A stretch of 64,000 nt of DNA, taken from the NCBI GenBank assembly GCA_963707635.1, contig OY970173.1:96001-160000 (forward strand), written 5' to 3'. The DNA is from Candidatus Latescibacterota bacterium. Lineage in GTDB: Bacteria > Krumholzibacteriota > Krumholzibacteriia > WVZY01 > JAKEHA01. The translations under genes were made by a program, and so were the position numbers. This document shows positions 42,056 through 50,847 of the stretch, piece after piece. How positions within the stretch are numbered: the stretch's first letter is position 1; each line of letters begins with the position of its first letter. The notes under the pieces were generated by a model. The model worked only from the letters and a program-made list of their open reading frames with translations. It searched no databases and was not told the origin of the DNA.

Positions 42056-44068
42056 TTACAGACGGACTGGAACCAGCACCATGATGTGCCCCTGCGACTG
42101 GAGCCGCTGTTGAATGGCGATGCCGGTCTTGTTGTGCAGGATCTGGTGGTACCAGCGCTCCTTGCCAAACACGACGTTACCGGCGAAGAAGGTGGTGTAC
42201 GGGAATTCGCGCACGAGTTCGAGGCACAGGTCCGCTGATCCCTCCACCGCCTCGGTGGCGATCGAATACCGATAGGTCGCGGGGACACCCTGCCCCCGGG
42301 CGAACTCGACGTAGCGCTTCAGGTCGGTCTCCACGTGCTCCCGGAGCGCGTCCATCGTGCCTTCCCCCTTGAACTCCTTCGAATCGATGACGCCGACCGA
42401 GACGAACACCAGGCCTCCGAAGTACTTCGGGAATTTGGATATCGCGGTGAGGCAGGTGTGGAGTCCCACCCCGCCGTATTCGCCCACCAGGATCGCCGCC
42501 ACGGGGGACAACGCCGGCGGCTCGGCCCCCGACGTGATCGCCTCCGGCGCGCGCGGGAGCTCGATGAGCGGAGAGTACAGCCTGCGGACCTGCCGCTGAC
42601 TCCACTCGTAGTGGCGGCGGATGCCGAAGCTCAAGACGATCACTGCTCCCGTCACCATCAGCGTCACCCAACCGCCCTCCGCGAACTTCTCGATCGTGGT
42701 CACGATCAGAATGGTCGCGCACAGCATGAACCCGGCGGCGAAGAGGCCGACCGATTTTCTCGCGCGCGGAGACCTCCGGCGCCGGCGGTGGGCGTCGAGC
42801 CACATGGCGAGCATCGAGAGCGAGAAGGTGAGAAACACGTTGATGCTGTACATGACGACGATGTGTCGAACGTCGCCTCGCGTGTAGAGGAGCGCTACGA
42901 TCGACGCCGCTCCCATCAGCACGACCCCGTTCTCCGCCGTGAGCCGGTCCGAGAGCGCGGCCAGGCGCCGCGGCATCCAGGAGTCGATGGCCATGTTGGC
43001 CAGCACGCGCGGCCCGTCGACGAAACCGGCCTGGGCGGCGACCACCAGCAGGGCGCCCTCGGAGACGAGGGTCACGATCACGAACGCGTCGCTGAAAAAC
43101 CCGTCCCCGGCGAACGCCCGGGCCAGCACCGCATTCATCGTCCTGCCTTCCACGTGGCGGATGTCCCACAGCAGGTAGCAGAGAATGAGGCCGCCCGCCG
43201 TGAAAGCGAGCGAGATCGCCATGTACGTCATCGTGCGCTTGCCGGTCTGCACGCGCGGCTCGCGCATGATGGCGAGCCCGTTGGAGACGGCTTCGATCCC
43301 GGTGTAGGTGCCGCCTCCCAGCGAGTACGCGTGCACGAACAACAGCAGCATCCCGCCGGCGCCGAGCGTGCCGAGCCCGGTCGAAAAACCGCGCTGGACC
43401 TCGACGGCCGTCTCGGGGAGCTCGCCTACGTGCATGAACGTCGCCCCGACGATCAGCACCAGATGGGTGAGCACGAACACGAGGAAGATGGGTGTCAGGG
43501 TCAGCACCGATTCCCTCACGCCGCGCAGGTTCAGGACGAGCAGCGCCGCCAGCAGCACGATTTCGGCGGGGAGTTTCAACGCCTGCCATTCGATGGGCAG
43601 GAGGCTGAAGAGGGCGTCGCCGGCGGCGGCGATGGAGATCGTGATCGTCAGCACATAGTCGACCAGCAGCGCGCTCCCGCCGACGACGCCGGCCCGCTTG
43701 CCGAGCAGCTTGGTCGCCACCATGTAGCCGCCGCCCCCGTGCGGGAAGCGCTCGATGATGCGGCTGTAGCCGGCCGAGATGATGAGGACAGTGATCGCGG
43801 TCAGGAGGGCGAGACCAATCGCGAGATAGGTGTGCTCGCCGAGGGTTCGGAACGCCTCTTCCGGACCGTACGCAGACGACGAGAGCCCGTCCGCCCCCAG
43901 GCCCACCCAGGCGAGAAACGCCACCAGCGAGATGTGCCGGTAGATCGACCGGTCCCGCAAGTCGCGCGGCGGACCCACCAGGACCGAGCGCAGCCTGGTC
44001 CTGAAACCGATCGGCGGTTCGGGAGAACCGTCGGGTTTCGTTTCGGGGTCGGGGGGCCGGGTATCCAT
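42056..44068 (-). CDS. APC family permease, KimA/YdaO-like K+ transporter
   Basis: DGLSSSAYGPEE, GGGGY, DYVLTITISI, TGIEAVSNG; soluble C-terminal domain. Confidence 0.82.
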   Translation of the reverse strand: MDTRPPDPETKPDGSPEPPIGFRTRLRSVLVGPPRDLRDRSIYRHISLVAFLAWVGLGADGLSSSAYGPEEAFRTLGEHTYLAIGLALLTAITVLIISAGYSRIIERFPHGGGGYMVATKLLGKRAGVVGGSALLVDYVLTITISIAAAGDALFSLLPIEWQALKLPAEIVLLAALLVLNLRGVRESVLTLTPIFLVFVLTHLVLIVGATFMHVGELPETAVEVQRGFSTGLGTLGAGGMLLLFVHAYSLGGGTYTGIEAVSNGLAIMREPRVQTGKRTMTYMAISLAFTAGGLILCYLLWDIRHVEGRTMNAVLARAFAGDGFFSDAFVIVTLVSEGALLVVAAQAGFVDGPRVLANMAIDSWMPRRLAALSDRLTAENGVVLMGAASIVALLYTRGDVRHIVVMYSINVFLTFSLSMLAMWLDAHRRRRRSPRARKSVGLFAAGFMLCATILIVTTIEKFAEGGWVTLMVTGAVIVLSFGIRRHYEWSQRQVRRLYSPLIELPRAPEAITSGAEPPALSPVAAILVGEYGGVGLHTCLTAISKFPKYFGGLVFVSVGVIDSKEFKGEGTMDALREHVETDLKRYVEFARGQGVPATYRYSIATEAVEGSADLCLELVREFPYTTFFAGNVVFGKERWYHQILHNKTGIAIQQRLQSQGHIMVLVPVRL

Positions 44069-44089
44069 GAGACTCACCCTCGCGAGCAC

Positions 44090-44171
44090 AAAAAAGCCCG
44101 CGAATGAACGCGGGACAGCGGCTCGGCGTTGGATTGGCGGGGACGGTACACCGGCGGCGGGTGGGCGTCAA
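44090..44171 (-). promoter_or_regulatory. Sigma70-like promoter and leader terminator upstream of the KimA-like gene
   Basis: TTGACG-17nt-TACCGT with extended TG; CCCGCG-TTCATT-CGCGGG-CTTTTTT ends 21 nt before the ATG. Confidence 0.55.
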
Positions 44172-44187
44172 GGCCACCCGGGCAACA

Positions 44188-44256
44188 GCGGGTGGCGCCG
44201 AGACGGGCCCCCCGTCGGGCGAAGCCGACGGGGTGACGAAGCGACAGGACCCGCGC
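44188..44256 (-). repeat. Dispersed structured repeat, copy C (reverse orientation)
   Basis: Reverse complement GCGCGGGTCCTGTCGCTTCGTCACCCCGTCGGCTTCGCCCGACGGGGGGCCCGTCTCGGCGCCACCCGC. Confidence 0.8.
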
Positions 44257-44352
44257 GAGCCCGCAGGCGCCCTCGAGGGTGGCTCCGGACCGGGCGGGTA
44301 TGTTACCCTGCCTTGTTTCCCGCGATACCAATATCAAGGAGCGAGTACCCCC

Positions 44353-45186
44353 ATGCCCGAAAAGCTGGAAAGGTCCAGGAGCGCCAGCATCGCCGTCTTC
44401 TGCGACTTCGAAAACATCGCCATCGGCGTTCGCGAGTCGCGCTACGACGACTTCGACATCAGCCGCGTGCTCGAACGCCTGCTGCTCAAGGGCAGCATCG
44501 TCGTCAAGAAGGCCTATTGCGACTGGGATCGCTACAAGGACTTCAAGAAGACCATGCACGAGGCCGCCTTCGAGCTGATTGAAATCCCCCACGTTCGTCA
44601 GTCGGGCAAGAACTCGGCGGACATTCGCATGGTCGTGGATGCGCTCGACCTCTGCTACACCAAGCCGCACGTGACGGCGTTCGTCGTCATGAGCGGAGAC
44701 TCCGATTTCTCACCGCTGGTCACCAAGCTGCGCGAGAACAACAAAGAAGTGATCGGCGTGGGAGTGAAGAACTCCACGTCGGACCTCTTCACCGGCGCCT
44801 GCGACGAGTTCATCTTCTACGACGATCTGGTGCGCGAGCACGAAAAGCGACGCAAGAGCCGGCGCAAACCGGCCGCAAAGCCCAAGGCGTCGGTCCCGAA
44901 GGACCAGGTGGAAGCCGAGGAACACAAGCAGAAGGCGTTCGACCTGGTCCTCGACACCATCGACATGCTCTGGAACGAGCGCGGCGAGGAAGAAGACATC
45001 TGGGGTTCGATGGTCAAGCAGGCCATCAAGCGCCGCCAGCCCAGCTTCAACGAGTCCTACTACGGCTTCCGCAGCTTCAGCGAACTCCTGCGCAGCATGG
45101 AGGAAGACGGCCTGGTGACCCTCGAGCCGGACGAGCGCTCGGGCGGCTACATCATCCGCGACGTCCGCGTGGGCGAAAGCGGCTAG
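44353..45186 (+). CDS. NYN (LabA/DUF88) domain protein with C-terminal OST-HTH/LOTUS domain
   Basis: FCDFEN, KKAYCDW, GKNSADIRMVVDA, SGDSDF, SFNESYYGFRSFSELL. Confidence 0.9.
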   Translation: MPEKLERSRSASIAVFCDFENIAIGVRESRYDDFDISRVLERLLLKGSIVVKKAYCDWDRYKDFKKTMHEAAFELIEIPHVRQSGKNSADIRMVVDALDLCYTKPHVTAFVVMSGDSDFSPLVTKLRENNKEVIGVGVKNSTSDLFTGACDEFIFYDDLVREHEKRRKSRRKPAAKPKASVPKDQVEAEEHKQKAFDLVLDTIDMLWNERGEEEDIWGSMVKQAIKRRQPSFNESYYGFRSFSELLRSMEEDGLVTLEPDERSGGYIIRDVRVGESG

Positions 45187-45806
45187 CGCCCGAGTTTCTC
45201 CAGCGACAGCAGCACGGCCCTCGCGCGCGGCGACACGAACACGCCGCCGCCCGCGTTGGCGAAGTGCTTTTGCAGCCGCCGCCGGTACCACGCGGCGCTG
45301 CGCACGTGGATGCGCCGGTCGGTCCTGCGCAGGTCGAGCAGCTTCGCGTCGATGTCGTCGCGGGTGGGAACATCGACGTAGAGGGCGCCGCGGCATGCGC
45401 TCGCGATGGCCGCGATCCCGCGGTCGACCTCACGGGCGGACAGGTACTGCATCACGTCCTGGCACACGACGAGGTCGAACTTCCCCCGGGGCGGGAGATC
45501 GACGACCGACCCCCGTACCCAGCCGTAGCGGCGGCACAGGTACTCGCTCGGGTCGACCCCGGTGTACGCAATCGAGCGATCGAGCCTCCGCAGCGCCCGC
45601 TTCCACAGCCCGGTTCCGCAGCCCACGTCCAGCACCGAGCGCACCTCCACCTGCAGGTGCGCGAGATAGCTGGTGACGAAACGCGCGCGGCGGTAGACCT
45701 CCTGCGCCGAGGTCACCGCCGTCGCGGGGGTGTGGTAATACCGGTCGAAGAACTCGCGGTCGAAGGAGCGTCTCGAAGCGGCGGCCACGCGCGGAGCATA
45801 CCGCAT
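45183..45806 (-). CDS. Class I SAM-dependent methyltransferase
   Basis: VLDVGCGTG, FDLVVCQDVMQY; start uncertain. Confidence 0.82.
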   Translation of the reverse strand: MRYAPRVAAASRRSFDREFFDRYYHTPATAVTSAQEVYRRARFVTSYLAHLQVEVRSVLDVGCGTGLWKRALRRLDRSIAYTGVDPSEYLCRRYGWVRGSVVDLPPRGKFDLVVCQDVMQYLSAREVDRGIAAIASACRGALYVDVPTRDDIDAKLLDLRRTDRRIHVRSAAWYRRRLQKHFANAGGGVFVSPRARAVLLSLEKLGR

Positions 45807-45878
45807 TCCACCGAGCCCGCGCCCGTCATTCAACTTCGTCCTCGAAAAGTGCCCGGCAACGCGCTAGGCTGGTGCCCC

Positions 45879-46145
45879 GTGTCGAATGCATCGTTGCGCC
45901 AGGATCTCTTGCACACGCTGCGTCAGAACGTCCCCCTGCTTCCGGACCACGTGGACGACCAGACGTCGTTGATCCGATCGGGCATCCTCGATTCGGCGGG
46001 TCTCTTCCACCTGGCGCTGTGGGTCGAGCGGCACCTGGGCACGTCGTTCGACTTCACGGCCTACGACCTTGCCGCGGAGTGGGACACGATCAACGATGTG
46101 CTGCGCTTCGTGGAGGAGCATCGCGAGCGGCACCGGCCGCGCTGA
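45879..46145 (+). CDS. Acyl/peptidyl carrier protein
   Basis: 88-aa C-terminal part of ORF 45264-46145 from GTG 45879; SLIRSGILDS phosphopantetheine motif; W.TINDV. Confidence 0.75.
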   Translation: MSNASLRQDLLHTLRQNVPLLPDHVDDQTSLIRSGILDSAGLFHLALWVERHLGTSFDFTAYDLAAEWDTINDVLRFVEEHRERHRPR

Positions 46146-46151
46146 AAGACG

Positions 46152-47261
46152 ATGGGCATCGAATTCGTCCCCTACCGTCCCGGGCACGCGAGCGCGATCG
46201 CGCGGCTCCAGACCCACCTGTGGAGCGGCGACGCGGCGCGCAACGCCGCCTACTTTCGGTGGAAGTACCTGGAAAACCCGTTCCTGCCGGATCCGGTGGT
46301 GATGCTCGCCATGAGCGACGAAGGGGCGGTGGCGATGCGCGGCGCATTCGGTTCCGCCTGGGAAGCCAACCGCTTACCGGAGCCGTTCATCATCCCCTGC
46401 GTCGACGACATGGTGGTCGATCCCTCGCACCGCAACCATGGCCTGATGCGCCCGCTCATGGATGCGCTGTTCGAGGCCCTCGCCGCGCGGGGGTTCCAGT
46501 ACCTGTTCAGTCTGAGCGCCGCGCCGGTCACGCTGGTGGTATCCCTCGCCACCGGATGGCGCGCGGTGGGGTCGACCGACCCGCTCGGCCGCCTCTCGCG
46601 CCCGGTCACGATCGCGCGGCGGCTGCGGGCGCGCGCAGAGCGCGTCCCGGTGGCGCGGCGGCTCGCGCCGCGGCTGGTGCTCCGTTCGGAGCTCGACGCG
46701 TATCACCACCTCGATCGTTCGCGCCGCCGCCAGCGGCGCATCACGATGACGCGGGAGCCGCGGTCGGAGGAAATGGCCGCGCTGGTCAAGCGGATCGGGA
46801 GCGACGGGCGAATTCGCCACGTCCGTGATGCCCGCTATCTCGACTGGAAGTTTCGCAATCCGCTGGCCGACTACCGGTTCTTCTATTTCGACGAGCAGGC
46901 GCTCGGCGGATACCTGGTGCTGCACCGCACCGCGTCCGACCGGGGTGACCGCACGCGCGTGAGCATCGTGGAATGGGAGGCAACGAGCACGAAGATCCAG
47001 CTCGCGCTTCTGGACGAGGCGCTCCACCGGGGCGCGTTCGCCTACCTCGAGACCTGGGGAGCCACGCTGCCACGGCCGCTGCGCGCGGAGCTGGAAACGC
47101 GCGGCTTTCGTGCGGCGCACCCGGGGACGCTGCAGCGGCCAGGACACCGGATCCTGGTGCGGGGTCTGGATCCGTCGCTCGCCGATTGGACGCTGAATGG
47201 ACGCTCCCTGCTCGACATGAGCCAGTGGGACCTGCGTCAGCTGCACTCGATGGCCGGGTGA
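46152..47261 (+). CDS. GNAT family N-acyltransferase
   Basis: YFRWKYLENP, DMVVDPSHRNHGL, RDARYLDWKF; 6 nt after the carrier protein. Confidence 0.8.
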   Translation: MGIEFVPYRPGHASAIARLQTHLWSGDAARNAAYFRWKYLENPFLPDPVVMLAMSDEGAVAMRGAFGSAWEANRLPEPFIIPCVDDMVVDPSHRNHGLMRPLMDALFEALAARGFQYLFSLSAAPVTLVVSLATGWRAVGSTDPLGRLSRPVTIARRLRARAERVPVARRLAPRLVLRSELDAYHHLDRSRRRQRRITMTREPRSEEMAALVKRIGSDGRIRHVRDARYLDWKFRNPLADYRFFYFDEQALGGYLVLHRTASDRGDRTRVSIVEWEATSTKIQLALLDEALHRGAFAYLETWGATLPRPLRAELETRGFRAAHPGTLQRPGHRILVRGLDPSLADWTLNGRSLLDMSQWDLRQLHSMAG

Positions 47262-47280
47262 CGCGGAGCCTCCTCCCCGG

Positions 47281-47313
47281 AAAAACCCGAGGCCCCGCTG
47301 ACGCGGGGCCTCG
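47281..47313 (-). terminator. Minus-strand intrinsic terminator
   Basis: CGAGGCCCCGC-GTCA-GCGGGGCCTCG-GGTTTTT on the minus strand. Confidence 0.75.
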
Positions 47314-47392
47314 AGAGGGATCAGTATTGGTGGCGTTGGGTTTCCCCTCGAACGGGGTGACCGACAGAGCCACGATTTCGTGGAGCCATCCC

Positions 47393-47437
47393 TTAAGGGG
47401 ACGCCACCTCCACCAAGCCGCATCTGTCTGTACTCAC
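47393..47437 (-). CDS. Candidate 14-aa small ORF (MSTDRCGLVEVASP) with an extended Shine-Dalgarno
   Basis: AAGGAGGTGATCCA directly before GTG (AGGAGG to start = 7 nt); terminator downstream on the same strand. Confidence 0.45.
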   Translation of the reverse strand: MSTDRCGLVEVASP

Positions 47438-47601
47438 TGGATCACCTCCTTCGGGGCGTGCCCAATGAACGGCGAGACCCAACTCGCCCGGCTCCTTCGA
47501 CCGCCCAGGTCGTCGGCGCCGTCGCGACTCACGTCGCGAAACCATGTGGGGGGACGCTACAAAACTCCCCAATGGGGCACAAGAAAAATTTCGCCCGCCG
47601 C

Positions 47602-47797
47602 TTGACTCGCGGATTCGGCCTCGGCGATAATGACGGCGGCGGCGATCCGCGCCCAACCCCTTCGGCCCTCCCCCAGCGAGGGCCTTTCGTGGGGCAAAGG
47701 GGGGCATACCCCCGGATCAGGCATATCGATCACTCGATTGCCGGGCGAGTCGCGTCGCTGGGGGGCGGGGTTCGCGCGGCTATCGGAGGAGATCGAC
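47602..47797 (+). promoter_or_regulatory. Sigma70 promoter and a structured 5' leader of about 160 nt
   Basis: TTGACT-18nt-GATAAT; several long-range complementary segments before the GGAGGA RBS. Confidence 0.55.
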
Positions 47798-48463
47798 ATG
47801 CCGAAGCAGAAAGACCTGAAGCGCCTCGTGCGCACCCGCATGAAGAAGACGGGCGAATCCTACACCGCCGCCCGTGCCCAACTCACCCGCTCGAAGACCC
47901 GCCCTGCTCCGTCCCCGGATTTCGCGAAACTCGCCCGCACGAGCGACGACTCGATCCGTGCGAAAACCGGCAAGAGCTGGGCGCAATGGGTTCGCGTGCT
48001 CGACGCCATCGACGCCGCCCGGATGCCGCATCGTGAGATCGCGTCGCATGTGCGCACGACCTACGCGATCGACGGGTGGTGGGCGCAGGCGGTGACGGTC
48101 GGCTACGAACGCATCCGCGGCCTGCGCGAGGTCGGTCAGCGTCGCGATGGCGCCTACGAATTCAGCAAGAGCCGCACGTTCCCCGTTCCCGTGGCCGTGC
48201 TCTACCGCGCGTTCACGAGCCCGAAGGTCCGTGCCCGCTGGCTGGGGGGCGTGGAATTCACGGTCCGCAAGGCGACCCCGAACAAGTCGATTCGCATCAC
48301 CTGGCCCGACCAGACGAGCGTGCAAGTCTCGCTCATTCCGAAAGGCGACAGGAGCCAGGCGACCATCACGCACGCGAAGCTCGCGTCACAGGACGCCGCC
48401 ACGAAGCTCAAGGCGTGGTGGCACGCGCGGCTGGATGCACTGGCTACGGTGTTGACGACGTAA
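47798..48463 (+). CDS. Protein with a basic N-terminal helix (KTGESYTAAR), a DUF4287-like middle and an SRPBCC/AHSA1-like C-terminus
   Basis: MPKQKDLKRLVRTRMKKTGESYTAAR; KTGKSWAQW; WWAQAVTVGYE; SRTFPVPV..LYRAF. Confidence 0.75.
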   Translation: MPKQKDLKRLVRTRMKKTGESYTAARAQLTRSKTRPAPSPDFAKLARTSDDSIRAKTGKSWAQWVRVLDAIDAARMPHREIASHVRTTYAIDGWWAQAVTVGYERIRGLREVGQRRDGAYEFSKSRTFPVPVAVLYRAFTSPKVRARWLGGVEFTVRKATPNKSIRITWPDQTSVQVSLIPKGDRSQATITHAKLASQDAATKLKAWWHARLDALATVLTT

Positions 48464-48504
48464 CGCACTCGCCGGGCCTTTCGGGGCCCCACGCTGACGG
48501 CACC

Positions 48505-48574
48505 GCGCGGGTCCTTTGCCTCGTCACCCCGCCGGCTGCGCGCGGCGGGGGCCCCGTCTCGGCGCCACCCGCGC
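48505..48574 (+). repeat. Dispersed structured repeat, copy D
   Basis: GCGCGGGTCCTTTGCCTCGTCACCCCGCCGGCTGCGCGCGGCGGGGGCCCCGTCTCGGCGCCACCCGCGC. Confidence 0.8.
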
Positions 48575-48722
48575 GTGCTTCAATGCGAGCGCCCGGGGTT
48601 GCTTGCACACTTGACGTGTGATAGTCTGCGCTCTCCTCAGCTGAATTCTCATTTCCTCCCGAAAACTAGGTCCGGCGCGGCGTGGCTTCTTCGCCAGGAT
48701 TCGACGCGCCCCGGGAGGAACC

Positions 48723-50738
48723 ATGCTCCACTCACTGCTGCTTCTCCTGTTCGTGCCCGTTCCCGTATTTACGCCGCGCGTGACACCCATGGATATTCAG
48801 GGGCGCGCCCATCGCTCTCCGCTCGCGGGCGAGCGCGTCCTGGTCGAAGGCATCGTGACGTCCATCACCCCCGGCGGGTTCTACCTGCAGGACCCGCGCG
48901 GCGACGGCGACCCGTCCACCTCCGACGCCGTCTTCGTGGCAACCGGCGATCCGCTGGTGCGCGCCGGCGATCTCGTCGACGTGACCGGGCTCGTGGTGGA
49001 GCGTTCGATGGGAAGCGAGCCATACCACCTGACCCGGACCGAAATCGACGCCGCGCCGGCCCTCATACTCGCGCGCGAGCGGACGCTTCCCGCGCAGGTC
49101 GTCGTCGGGGCGGGAAAACGCGTCCCGCCGACGGCGATCATCGACGACGACGCCATGCAGGAATACCAACCGGCCATCGACGGCATCGACTTCTACGAAA
49201 GCCTCGAGGGGATGCGCGTGACGATCGAGCGCGCGCGGGTGACCGGACCGCCGGACCCGTTCGGAAACGCGTGGGTCGTGCCGGCCGGGCTGGCGTCGGG
49301 ACTCAACGCGCGCGGCGGCCTCACGGCGCGCCCGCTGGACGCCAACCCCGAACGGATTCGTGTCCGCGACGCGGGACCCGCGGCCGGCGCGACCATTCCG
49401 ATGGGAGCCGATCTCGGAGACGTGAACGGGATCGTGGACGACGAGTCGGGCAGCTTCGAACTCATCCCCGATCGCATCGCAGCAACGGGTGAGCCGCCCG
49501 CGCCGGAGGTCGGGGCGCTCGCCGGCGACGATACCCATCTGCTCGTCGCCGCGTTCAACGTGAGGAATTTCGCTCCGGGTGACGCCAGCCGGACTCGCCG
49601 TCTGGCGCAGGCCGTTGTGTCGAGTCTCGGCGCGCCGGACATTCTCGCGCTCGAAGAGATCCAGGACAACAGCGGACCGCTCGACGACGGCACCGTCGCC
49701 GCCGACGCCTCCTACCGATGGTTGATCGACGCGGTGACCGCCGCCGGCGGGCCGCGCTACGAGGCGCGCGAGGTCGCTCCCGCCGACGGACAGGATGGAG
49801 GCGAACCGGGCGGAAACATCCGGGTGGGGTTTCTGTTCCGGCCCGACCGCGTGGCGTTCGTCGATCGCCCCGACGAGGCGGCGGACGGCGCGCCCTTCGA
49901 GACTCACTTCGTGGACGACCCCGACGGCGTGCATCTGACCCGCAGTCCCGGACGGGTCGACCCGGGCCACCCGGCGTGGAAGGATTCGCGCAAGCCGCTC
50001 GCCGGCGAATTCGTCTTCGGCGACCGTCGCCTGTTTGTGGTCGCGGTTCATTTCCGCTCGAAGACCGGGTCCTCGTCGGATTTCGGCGCGGTCCAGCCAC
50101 CCGTGAGCGCCGGCGCCGCGGAGCGCGCCGCGCAGGCGCGTGTCGTGCGGGCGTTCGTGGACGAGCTCCGTCGCCTCGACCCGGGCGCGCCCCTAATCGT
50201 ACTCGGCGACTTCAACGACGACTGGTTTTCGCAAACGCTCGCGATCCTCGAGGAGGACCGCGTCCTCGTCAATCTCGCGCGATCGCTGCCGGAGACCGCG
50301 CGGTATTCGTACGTGTATGAAGGCAACGCCCGCGCGTACGACCACATTCTCGTCAACCGGGCCGGGTCGAACGGTGCGGCCTTCGACGTCGTCCACGTGA
50401 ACGCCGAGTATTCCGACAATGCGAGCGACCACGATCCGGTGGTGGCGCGATTGTCGTTCTCCGCGCCTCCGGTCACGACCGCTCGAGACGCCGTCGTCTT
50501 CGCGCGCCCGAATCCCTCGTCCGGGGACGTCGTCATCGGACCCGCCGGCGCCGCCGCGGAGGTCGTGATCTACGACGTTCGCGGAGCGCCGGTGCGGCGG
50601 TTCGCACTGACGGAGGGGGCCGGCGCCGTCTGGGACGGGAGCGACGGCCGCGGGGAGCGGGTGGCGTCGGGTGTGTACTTTCTAAGAGCGCACGGCTCGT
50701 TCGGCGAGATAGTGCAGACGCTCGTGCGCGTGCGCTGA
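48723..50738 (+). CDS. Extracellular endonuclease/exonuclease/phosphatase with OB-fold and FlgD-Ig-type C-terminal domain
   Basis: IQG..HRSPL, GFYLQD, FNVRN, EEIQD, SRKPL, GDFND, YDHIL, SDHDP; WDG.D..G.RVASGVYF. Confidence 0.88.
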   Translation: MLHSLLLLLFVPVPVFTPRVTPMDIQGRAHRSPLAGERVLVEGIVTSITPGGFYLQDPRGDGDPSTSDAVFVATGDPLVRAGDLVDVTGLVVERSMGSEPYHLTRTEIDAAPALILARERTLPAQVVVGAGKRVPPTAIIDDDAMQEYQPAIDGIDFYESLEGMRVTIERARVTGPPDPFGNAWVVPAGLASGLNARGGLTARPLDANPERIRVRDAGPAAGATIPMGADLGDVNGIVDDESGSFELIPDRIAATGEPPAPEVGALAGDDTHLLVAAFNVRNFAPGDASRTRRLAQAVVSSLGAPDILALEEIQDNSGPLDDGTVAADASYRWLIDAVTAAGGPRYEAREVAPADGQDGGEPGGNIRVGFLFRPDRVAFVDRPDEAADGAPFETHFVDDPDGVHLTRSPGRVDPGHPAWKDSRKPLAGEFVFGDRRLFVVAVHFRSKTGSSSDFGAVQPPVSAGAAERAAQARVVRAFVDELRRLDPGAPLIVLGDFNDDWFSQTLAILEEDRVLVNLARSLPETARYSYVYEGNARAYDHILVNRAGSNGAAFDVVHVNAEYSDNASDHDPVVARLSFSAPPVTTARDAVVFARPNPSSGDVVIGPAGAAAEVVIYDVRGAPVRRFALTEGAGAVWDGSDGRGERVASGVYFLRAHGSFGEIVQTLVRVR

Positions 50739-50764
50739 CCGGATCATGGGGATGGTGGATTCTC

Positions 50765-50832
50765 CGCGGGTCCTGGCATCTCGCCACCCCGCGGGCTTTG
50801 CCTCGCGGGGGCCCCGCCTCGATGCCACCCGC
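50765..50832 (+). repeat. Dispersed structured repeat, copy E
   Basis: CGCGGGTCCTGGCATCTCGCCACCCCGCGGGCTTTGCCTCGCGGGGGCCCCGCCTCGATGCCACCCGC. Confidence 0.78.
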
Positions 50833-50847
50833 TCGAGCTGGCCAAAA

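Noticed and set aside
44100..44340. c-di-AMP (ydaO) riboswitch upstream of the KimA-like permease
   Set aside because: I cannot see the aptamer consensus; the region is occupied by a repeat copy and a promoter
44353..45186. NYN nuclease as a toxin or defence system
   Set aside because: Ordinary LabA/DUF88-LOTUS architecture with no antitoxin or defence neighbours
47437..47451. 16S rRNA gene or fragment (CTGGATCACCTCCTT)
   Set aside because: The upstream sequence lacks the helix 44/45 motifs (AAGTCGTAACAAGGTA); better read as an extended SD on the opposite strand
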